Source of the DNA: Rebecca billardiae RCC1528
Taxonomy: Eukaryota; Protista; Haptophyta
Assembly: GCA_965240325.2 (NCBI GenBank)
Contig: OZ251238.1
Coordinates: forward strand, 1,426,001 to 1,490,000
DNA: 64,000 bases
Reading direction: 5' to 3'
In this document: positions 12,225-20,861 of the stretch, one piece after another
Numbering within the stretch: position 1 is the stretch's first letter
Layout: each line of letters starts with the position of its first letter
Made by a program: the position numbers and the translations under genes
The notes under the pieces: model-generated
What the model was told of the DNA's origin: nothing
Databases searched by the model: none
What the model saw: only the letters and a program-made list of their open reading frames with translations

Positions 12225-13481
12225 ATGCCGCGGCGGGTGCCAAGATGGGCCGGGCGCGAGCGCGTCTGGCCCGCGCCCGAGGCGTACGTGCGCCGGGCCA
12301 TGTCGGGCTGGCTCACCGACGCGCGCCTCCCCGCCGACGTGAAGCTCGCCGTGCACATGTCCCTGCTTAACCTCCTCGCCTGCGGCGCGACCGCTTCCAT
12401 CATCGGCACGACAGGATCTGGGATGGCGGTCTGCTGCCCGCCGCGCCCGCTGGACGCGCTGGGCTCGCTCGAGGCGAAGGACGTGGGCCGGCTCGAGTGC
12501 GCCGGGCTGATGCAGATCTTCGCCGGCATCCTCGACTTCATCGCCACCGTCGTCCTCCTGCACCTCGTCGTTGGGAACGGATCGTCGTTTGGAATTGTTC
12601 TCTGGGCTTCCATTCTCGCGGTGTGCGGCGCGCTCTCCGTGAGCGCCGGCGTCTCCTGCCGCCGCGCCGCCAGCCTATACCTGGGCGGAGAGGGGGAGGA
12701 GGAGCTGCCCGCCATGCCGCGCTTCTTCGTCGCCGACGCGCAGGAGGAGCCGCCCTCGCCGCCGCGCGGGCCGCCGCTCCGGACGGTGACCTTGCATGCA
12801 GCTGAGGACGAGGAGGAGGAGGAGGGCGCCGCGGCGCTGCTGCCGCGCACGAGCGCGCACGGCGCGGGCGCGCACGAGGCGGGCCGGTCGAGTAGCGCGG
12901 GCGCGGACGGGCATGGGCAGCACGCCGCGCCACCGTACGCGCCCGCGGCTGCCAGCGCCGCCCACGCCGCCGCTCCGGAGCTTCCAGGGCGTGTGCCCGA
13001 GTCGCGCGCGCTCGCGCCAGGCGCTCCGCCGGTGCCCGTGCGCCGGGGCTGGGAGATGGGCGTGGGGATGGCGGCGGCTGGCGGCGCGGATGCTGCGCCC
13101 GCCGCGCACGAGGGTGCAGCGAGCGGCAGCGGCCCCAGCGGCAGCGCGGGAGGCGCGGCGCGCGCCGCGGATAGTACATCTGCCGGGCGCGAGGAGATTG
13201 AGCTCGTTCCCGGAAACTTCCCGGCCCGCGGTCCGGTGCCACTGGCGGGCGGCCGCACGGCCACGGCGGCGGCTGGGGGCCGCTGCGGGCAAGTGAGTCC
13301 TTATTCTGGCGCGGCGGCTGCCAACGAGCTGCCGACGACGGCGCCCAGCAGCAACGAGCCCAGGCCAGGCTGGCCCAGCCCCAGCCCCCAGGCGCCGCAT
13401 GAGCAGAGCGGCGCCGCCACTGCAGACGATGTCGCTCCCACCGCCGCTCCGTCCGAGCAGCGATGCCAGCCGCCTCGATAG
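12225..13481 (+). CDS. Hypothetical membrane protein (about 3 TM helices, long disordered tail)
   Basis: Hydrophobic stretches LAVHMSLLNLLACGATASII, LMQIFAGILDFIATVVLLHLVV and FGIVLWASILAVCGALSV. Confidence 0.6.
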   Translation: MPRRVPRWAGRERVWPAPEAYVRRAMSGWLTDARLPADVKLAVHMSLLNLLACGATASIIGTTGSGMAVCCPPRPLDALGSLEAKDVGRLECAGLMQIFAGILDFIATVVLLHLVVGNGSSFGIVLWASILAVCGALSVSAGVSCRRAASLYLGGEGEEELPAMPRFFVADAQEEPPSPPRGPPLRTVTLHAAEDEEEEEGAAALLPRTSAHGAGAHEAGRSSSAGADGHGQHAAPPYAPAAASAAHAAAPELPGRVPESRALAPGAPPVPVRRGWEMGVGMAAAGGADAAPAAHEGAASGSGPSGSAGGAARAADSTSAGREEIELVPGNFPARGPVPLAGGRTATAAAGGRCGQVSPYSGAAAANELPTTAPSSNEPRPGWPSPSPQAPHEQSGAATADDVAPTAAPSEQRCQPPR

Positions 13482-14440
13482 TACGGATCGGCGTCTCGAG
13501 TCGTCGTCATCATCCTGCTACGCTGCTGACTGCGCGCCGTGCTGACGATGAGGACCGACGCCGCCCAGCCGACACCGACACGACCCGTCACTATTCGCCA
13601 CGGGCGCATCATCATCACCCGTTGCGGGCCGTTGGCAGCAGTCAGCGCCACCGTGGCCGTGCTCCGCGCCGTCCGTGCCTCCGGCGGAGCAGCCTGAGCC
13701 GCCCCGCCGCCCCGCGGCCGGCCCGGAGTGCCGAGTGGCCGCGGACCTGCGCACGACTGCCAGCGGCGCGCCGATTTTATCGCGGCGGCCGATACCGTAT
13801 TCAAATTCACTAATTGCTTCCGCACTGCTTATTGCCTTTAATACTACACACCGTGCTGGCCGACGACGATTGCGCGGCGCCGCGGCCTGACCGGACCGGC
13901 GGACTGTTTAGCGCGGGTCCGCTGTCGCTCGGATCGACCGCGGCCGGCGCCGGCGCGCTGCGGCCGCGGGGCCGCCGGATCCGGGATCGCGACGTATATC
14001 ACTGCTGCTATATATTGCTTGCATCATGACTACTACTGCTAGCTAGCTACTACTGATGCTGCGCTATTGTCTATCGTCGTACTCGTACTCGTAGGCTTCA
14101 GCAGCCGACTGTGAGGCACTCATGTGCTTACTGACACGGTCAACAGTGTCAGCATCACCGCTACCGGCTACGAGTACGACAGTCAAGTGTCATGAGTCGA
14201 GTTGGAACTCTTCAGACAGTCGTCGATCATGCAGCATCGGACTCGGTCAGCAGCGGAGTAGCTGCGGAGACGCGAGCGGCGTACAGTAATACTGATGAGT
14301 TGTACTGACAATCGCCTCGCGAGTTCAGGGACAACCGACTGCCAAATGAGTTAATGATGGCCCGTCGCGCGCGGCCCGGCACACACACCCCGCCGCCGGC
14401 AGCCACACGGCGCTCGCGGGCTCCGGCGCGGGGCGGCCGC

Positions 14441-15564
14441 TCACGCCGACTTGAGCTCGATGTTGGCCGCCTTGAGCTCGCCCGCGTCCTCCTCGCTGAG
14501 CGCGTTGCCCGCGACGCTCATTTTGCGCAGGTGCTTCATCTGCGTCGGCTTGAAGCCGAGCGAGTCGAGGGCGTTGTTCTCGAGGTACAGCCCCTTGAGG
14601 TTCTCAAGGCTGGCGATCGTGCCCGGCAGCTTCGTCAGCTTGTTGTTCTCCAGGTTGAGATCCTCCACCTCGCCGAGCTGGCCGATCTCGGCCGGGAGAT
14701 TGCTCAGCCGGTTGTGGTCGAGGAACAGCCCTTTGAGCGACTTCAGGCTGCCGAGCTCGGGCGGGATGGCCACGAGGCGGTTGTGGCTCAGCCGCAGCTC
14801 GCGCAGCTGCGCGAGCTGCCCGATCGACGCGGGCAGCTCCGACAGCGCGTTCGATCGCAGCGAGAGCTCCGTCAGCGCGCGCAGGTCGCCGAGCGCCGCC
14901 GGCAGCGCGCCGAGTCGGTTCTCGTCCGCGTACAGTCCCTCGAGCTGCGTGCACGCGCAGAGCGAGGCGGGGAATTCGCGCAGCGCGTTGCGCGAGAGCA
15001 TGAGGCCCTTCAGCGCCGCGCACCCGCCGATCGAGCCGGGCAGCGCGGGCAGCGCGTTCCCCTCGGCGAAGAGGCCCTCCAGCTTCGTCAAGCGGCCGAG
15101 GGCCTCCGGGAGAATCGCCAGCCGCTTGTTGTTGCGCGCGTGCAGCTCGGTGAGGTCTGCGAGCTGGCCGAGCTCCTCGGGGAGCGCGGTGAGCGAGTTG
15201 CCGTCGAGCACAAGCGTCTCGGCGGAGCTAAGCGAGAAGACAGCGGCCGGCACTTCTTGCAGCCCCTGCGCGCGCGCGCACCCGGGCGAAAGGGTAGGCC
15301 GTCGCGCCGCGCGCGCACGGCGGTCACCAGGGCCGAGCTCGATGGGCACGCACGTCTCCGCGGGTGCGGACGAGAGCCATGACTGCCCACGTGCCACCCC
15401 GCCAGCCGCGCCGCGCCGCGCCCTGCGCCGCGCACGCGCGCCGCCGCGCGCTCGCCGCGCGCTCGGGCGCTCACCTTGTCTTCCAAGTCCACCTCCGTGG
15501 CGCCCTCGTCGAGGTCAAGGTCGAGGGCCTCGTTGAGCGCGGCGAGATCCTCGGCCAGGCCCAT
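14441..15564 (-). CDS. Leucine-rich repeat protein; exons 15564-15475 and 15265-14441
   Basis: About 11 LxxLxLxxNxLxxLP repeats. GT-AG intron 15266-15474 joins MGLAEDL...EDK to GLQEVP. Confidence 0.9.
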
Positions 15565-16068
15565 GGGCTGCCGCACGTCTGGCGCCGCCAGACGCCCCCG
15601 GCGCAGCCTCGGCGCGCTGCGACGCACGCGCGCTGTCGGTCCCTTCGTCGCCTGCCGCCCGTGCACCGAGACGGCCTCCTTCTTGGCTTTTTCTCAAGTG
15701 TCAGTCTCTCACGCAGAAGGCTCACCGCGAGCACAGCTACACTTTGCTAATTGATTCGGAACGATGGCTGCCGTGGCCGCGTTCTCGGTGACCCATTACT
15801 CACATTGCTAGGCGAAATATCGATCTGGAGATCTTGGGCGGCCGAGCGCGCGCGAGCACGTGGCACACGAGATACCCACGTCATATTATGCGGCACAGTC
15901 TGAAGTCTCTAACACGCAATAGTAGGACGCGCCGGCTTGGAGCCGGCTCTGTCCTCCGTGGATTTTGCCGGCTGCCGCCGTAGCTTTTCCCGGCAGCAAC
16001 GCGCGGCGCGGCGGCGGCCTCGCCTGTCCACAAGCAGCAAGCCATGGTGGCGTCCACGGCGTGAGTCG

Positions 16069-18180
16069 ATGATGGAGGCCCCGGAGAGGCTGCGCATCAG
16101 CGTGGACACGGCCGACGAGGCGCTCCGACGCTTCAAGCACGTCCCCGGCTTCGCCCAAGCCTACCTGCGCGCGCGCCGCCAGCAGGCGCCGCTTGAACAC
16201 TTCCTGCCACTCGAGCTGCCCCTCGTCGTGGACGCGCGCGACGTGGCGGTGCAGTTCGGCGAGCCCGCGGCGTGGCGCGCGGGGATCGCCGGGCGCATCT
16301 GCGCGGGCGACCTGCGCATCGCCACCCTCGACGTCGGCCACGTGCCCACACGCGCGCGCCCGTCGTCAACCCTCCCTTTCGGTTCAGTCACGAGTCCGCC
16401 GCCGGCGCGCGCCGCGGGGAGCTCGCTGAACGGCGCGTCGGACGCGGCGACGTCGAGCCCTATCGTGGCTGACGACGGCAACGTGCACGCGCGCGAGGGC
16501 CTCGCCACCGCGCCGCACGCCGCCAGCCTCTCGCGCCACCCACATCACCACCACCACCTGTCGCTCTCGGCGCACCACCACCACCATCATCACCACCATG
16601 GGCTGCACGGCGCGGCGGGCGGGCGCGGCGGCGGCAGCTCCAGGTACTCGTCGCGGCTCAAGTACGGCGCGTGCGCGGCGCAGGGCCCGGTGCCGCACAT
16701 GGAGAACGAGCACACCATGTGGCGCGGCGCGACCGCCTCTTGGCCCACGCTCACCGTCTGCTACATCGGCATCTTTGACGGTCACGGCGGCAGGCGAGCG
16801 GCGCAGTTCTGCCGCGAGCAGATGATGTTCAACATCATGAGCACGGCGGAGTACGTGCAGCACCTCTCGGCGATCGTTGACGAGGAGCTCCCGCCCTCGC
16901 GCACCACGAGCACCGCCTCCGCCTCGCTGCCCCCGCCCGTCGAGTCCGTTAGTCGATCCGCCTCGGCGCCGCTCCGGTCGCACGACGTCGACGATGCCGC
17001 CGTCGCGACCGCGCCGCCGCCGCCGCTCGCGCACGCGGCGGCGTTGGCGCACGCGGCGAACCCAGAGGCGCCGACGGCGGCGGAGGCGGGCGTGGGCGTC
17101 GACCGCGAGCTGCTGCACACGCGCGGCACGCCGCTCCCGCCGCCGCGCAACGACCCGGGCGACAGTGGCCGCCCCGGCGCAGCCGCCGGCTCGATACTGC
17201 CGCGGGCGCCGCCGCCGCCGCCGCCGCCGCCGGCGATCGACATTGGCGGCGCTGCGGCGCCCGGCGGTGCCGGCGGCGACGTGGGCGGCGCGGGCGGCGC
17301 CGCTGCGGCGGCTGCGGCCGCGGCGCACGCCGAGCACCGCGCCATGCACACCGCGCTACGCGAGGGCTTCCTCCGGACCGACCGCGACTTTCTGAGGACG
17401 GTTGTGAGACCGGACCTGGGCTCTGGCGCGGGCGCGGGCGCGGGCGCCGCTGCCGGCGGGCCGCCGGCCGGCGGCGGCTCCGAGGAGGCGCCGATCACGG
17501 ACTACGTGGGCTGCACGGCGCTGACCGCGCTGCTCGTCGACGACACGCTCTTCATCGCGTGGGCCGGCGACTGCCGCGCCGTCCTCTGCCGAGGGGGCCG
17601 CGCGCACGCGCTCTCTGCAGACCACCGCCCGGGCTGCGAGCGCGAGCGCTTGCGCGTCGAATCACTCGGCGGCTTCGTCGCGGACGGGCGGGTGGGCGGG
17701 TTCCTGGGCGTGTGCCGCGCGATCGGCGACTTCGACCCCAAGTCGGGCGCGAAGCTCACCGGACTCTCCGCCACGCCGGACTCTGCGCACATCCGCCTCT
17801 CCGACAAGGATGAGTTCTTAATCCTCGGCTGCGACGGGCTTTGGGAAGTCGTGTCGACGGAGGCGGCGACCGCGCTCGCGCGCGCAGAGCTGCTGGCGTA
17901 CGGCGACGCGCAGATGGCGGCGGAGCGGCTGGTCGAGGAAGCGCTGAAGCGGCACGTCGACGACAACGTCACCGTGCAGGTCGTCACCTTCGGCAACAGC
18001 TTCAGCTCCGACCTCGACGGCAAGGGCGGCGCGGGCAGCGCGCCGCGCGAGCGGCCTCGGCTCAAGCTGGCGCCGCGGCGCGCACCCGTGAACGGCGGCG
18101 GCTCCGCGAGCGCGGCGCCGTCGCCGGGCACGCCGCCGGCCGCGGGCGCGCGGCACGCCCTCACGCCGCCGCCGCCCTGA
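16069..18180 (+). CDS. Protein phosphatase 2C (PPM family) with poly-His segment
   Basis: GIFDGHGG, GCTA, AGDCRAVL, DHRP, RAIGD, ILGCDGLWEV and DDNVT motifs. Confidence 0.93.
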   Translation: MMEAPERLRISVDTADEALRRFKHVPGFAQAYLRARRQQAPLEHFLPLELPLVVDARDVAVQFGEPAAWRAGIAGRICAGDLRIATLDVGHVPTRARPSSTLPFGSVTSPPPARAAGSSLNGASDAATSSPIVADDGNVHAREGLATAPHAASLSRHPHHHHHLSLSAHHHHHHHHHGLHGAAGGRGGGSSRYSSRLKYGACAAQGPVPHMENEHTMWRGATASWPTLTVCYIGIFDGHGGRRAAQFCREQMMFNIMSTAEYVQHLSAIVDEELPPSRTTSTASASLPPPVESVSRSASAPLRSHDVDDAAVATAPPPPLAHAAALAHAANPEAPTAAEAGVGVDRELLHTRGTPLPPPRNDPGDSGRPGAAAGSILPRAPPPPPPPPAIDIGGAAAPGGAGGDVGGAGGAAAAAAAAAHAEHRAMHTALREGFLRTDRDFLRTVVRPDLGSGAGAGAGAAAGGPPAGGGSEEAPITDYVGCTALTALLVDDTLFIAWAGDCRAVLCRGGRAHALSADHRPGCERERLRVESLGGFVADGRVGGFLGVCRAIGDFDPKSGAKLTGLSATPDSAHIRLSDKDEFLILGCDGLWEVVSTEAATALARAELLAYGDAQMAAERLVEEALKRHVDDNVTVQVVTFGNSFSSDLDGKGGAGSAPRERPRLKLAPRRAPVNGGGSASAAPSPGTPPAAGARHALTPPPP

Positions 18181-18644
18181 CGCCGCCGCGCCGCGCCGCG
18201 CCGACGCGCGCGATGGCGTCGCTGCGCCGAGGCTGCGCGGTTCCGCGCCTCGGCTTCGGGCGCCCCGGGCCCGGGCCCCGGGCCCGGCCCGCCCGGGACG
18301 ATCAGACGACTCTGCGTCTGTAGTGAGTGCGGATCTCCAGGGCGCGCGCCCTTTGGATGAATAGTTTGCCTTTGGCTGGCGCGGTAAATACGAATGTAGG
18401 GCTGACTCGAGCCCGCAGAGTCTGGTGCACAGCTTGATGCTGCACTCACGGAAGGCGAAGCCACGACGGCTGTCGGCTGACAATGGTGGGAGCAAAGCCA
18501 AAGAAATAAGCTGGAGATTTCGTCGCGCTTTTGCGCAGCTGCGCACTGGACCAGAACTCACCGCTGCTCCGCCTCCTGTTGACCGCCTCGGGTTCAGCAT
18601 GGCCGCGTCGATACACGCATGCGTAGCTAGTAGTGTAGTTTTTT

Positions 18645-20210
18645 ATGACCGTCGCCACCGTCCACGTGTCCGCTGCACGCGCGGCGGCGCTGCTCGTGCT
18701 CGCGCTCACGTGCTTACCCACGCTGCTACTCGCTCTGCCGGCTGGCGATGCGGCGGATGCGCGCTCGGCGCACACGCGTCACGTGCGAGCGCCCGCCCTG
18801 CTCGCGGCGGATGCGGCTGACGAGCTGCACGACAGCACGGCCACGGCGGCGTGCGACGGCGGCGCGTGCGAGACGAATGCGACGGCTACTCCCGCGCCCA
18901 AAGACGACGCGAAGTCCTCTGACACCACCACCGAGCACGCGGCCGCGTCTGCCCCGGCGCCGCGTTCGCGCAACGAGACGCTGCCGACGGCGGGCGATGT
19001 GGGCGAGCCCGAGGCGCACGACGAGCGGCTGGAGACGGCGCTGTGCCTCCAGCGCATCGGCCGGGAGGACAAGCACGTCCTCTTTTCGCCAGAGACGGTG
19101 CTCGAGAAGCTCGGCCTTGCGGCGGTGGTGCTCCTGGCCGTGGTGGGCGCGGCGTTTATGGCAGGGCTGGTGGCCAGGGCGTATCGCCGCGGCGGTTGGA
19201 AGCACTTCACGAAGGCGGTGATGATGCTCGACGGCGCGCTGCTTGCGACCATCGACGGTGTGACGGACGTGCTCCTTGGAGCCGAGTGGCTCCGGTGCGG
19301 CCACACCGTCTGGGCGGCGATCGCGCTCGGCTGCGTCGGGCTGAACACGCTGGCGGCACTCGTCTTCGGCGCGGGGATGGGCGCCATCCCAGGCGGGGAC
19401 TCGAAGTGCGAGCGCGCCGGGGCGGCCGTGACGAGCGTGCTGCAGCTTTGCGCCGTGCACGCGGCGGTGGTGCGCGTGTGGCGAGGTGAGCACGTCGACC
19501 CAGTTGAGGCAGCGGCAGTGCTCGAGCTCAAGCAGTTGGAGGTGGCGCTCGAGGCGGCGCCGCAGGTGTTCGTGCAGGGGTACGTGCTGCTGTGGCTGGG
19601 CACGGAGCGCGCGTCGGCGCTGTCGTGGGTCTCGCTCGCCGTCTCCGTCGCGGGCATGAGCCTCGTGCTCGGCGACGTCCACGCCGACGATATGCGCCTC
19701 GCAGACTATCCCGGCGCGCGCGACGGCGGCGGCGCGAGATGGGCGGCGCGCGCGCTCGGTCCGCTCGGCGTGGTGAGCCGCGCGCTGCCGATCGCGCTGT
19801 TCGGCTGCGCTTTCGGCAACTGGCTCGCGCCGCCGCTGCTCGGCGCGTTCGCCGTGCTCGTCGCCCTTGTGCGCTCCACGCAGAGGCACGATCGCGGGTA
19901 TGAGGCGTGGGGCTATGCAGTGTTCTTCTCCTTCCTCTACTACGCGGCCACGCCCCTTGTGTGGCTGCAGGGCGACACCAGCGCGCGCGGCGAGGCGCGC
20001 ATCGTCGTGTGGACGGCGGCGGCCGAGCTCGCGCTCGGCGCCACAGCGCTCGGCGCGCCGTCGTATTGGCGCGCCGCGCAGCCCACCGGCTTGCTGGTGG
20101 TCGCCGCGTGCGTGTTCGGCGTGTGCTGGCTGGGCCGGCTGGGCGCAGCCGCCGTGCTGCTGCGCGCCAAGGCGGACCATCAGAGCGAGGCGCTACTGGC
20201 GCTGCGCTGA
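18645..20210 (+). CDS. XK-related multi-pass membrane protein (scramblase-like), paralogue 1
   Basis: Signal peptide, DGVTDVLL, LEAAPQVFVQGYVLL (XK ExxPQxxxQ motif) and multiple TM helices. Confidence 0.75.
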   Translation: MTVATVHVSAARAAALLVLALTCLPTLLLALPAGDAADARSAHTRHVRAPALLAADAADELHDSTATAACDGGACETNATATPAPKDDAKSSDTTTEHAAASAPAPRSRNETLPTAGDVGEPEAHDERLETALCLQRIGREDKHVLFSPETVLEKLGLAAVVLLAVVGAAFMAGLVARAYRRGGWKHFTKAVMMLDGALLATIDGVTDVLLGAEWLRCGHTVWAAIALGCVGLNTLAALVFGAGMGAIPGGDSKCERAGAAVTSVLQLCAVHAAVVRVWRGEHVDPVEAAAVLELKQLEVALEAAPQVFVQGYVLLWLGTERASALSWVSLAVSVAGMSLVLGDVHADDMRLADYPGARDGGGARWAARALGPLGVVSRALPIALFGCAFGNWLAPPLLGAFAVLVALVRSTQRHDRGYEAWGYAVFFSFLYYAATPLVWLQGDTSARGEARIVVWTAAAELALGATALGAPSYWRAAQPTGLLVVAACVFGVCWLGRLGAAAVLLRAKADHQSEALLALR

Positions 20211-20861
20211 CGGCTGATGAGTCACTGCTGAGCGCGTGCGCGCATTCACTTGCTGTGATGCGCAGTGTCAGTCTTCGGATTATGACGATCGTCGCAGACG
20301 ACGTGATGCAGTGCTGCTGACGATGGCATCCGATGGCTGAGTGCACTATAGCAGACGATATACTGATGCTGTATACTGCATCCTGCTGTATATATAGTCA
20401 GCTGCTATAGCACGCAGCAGTATCATCATCATCTATCACTCATTATAATCCGTCCGAAACTCGGGCGAAACTGAGTATAGTGAGTAGTGCCGATGATGAC
20501 GATATATGATCGTCATCGTCGTCATCATCATCACTCAAGTCAGGCAGTCTGGCGGGGCACTCGGCCGGCGCGCGGCCCACCCGGGCCGGGCGCATAGTAG
20601 TGTACAGAGGCGGTGGCGACGACGAGGATCCGCCGGTATGCTTATTGATGCTGCTCGTCGGTGATGTTGTACAGCACGCGGGCAACGCGCGCGCGTCGCG
20701 TCTGGGCCGCACCCTCGGCAGCGCTTGCACTCCGGGCGCACCAGGACGCGTAGTCACAGTGTAGGGGTGAGTAGGAAGAATGAACCCGCGCCAGCGTTCC
20801 GGCTCGGGAGGGGCCCCCAGGCCAGCGGCCGGCGCGGCGGCGGCGGCGGCGCGCGCTCAGC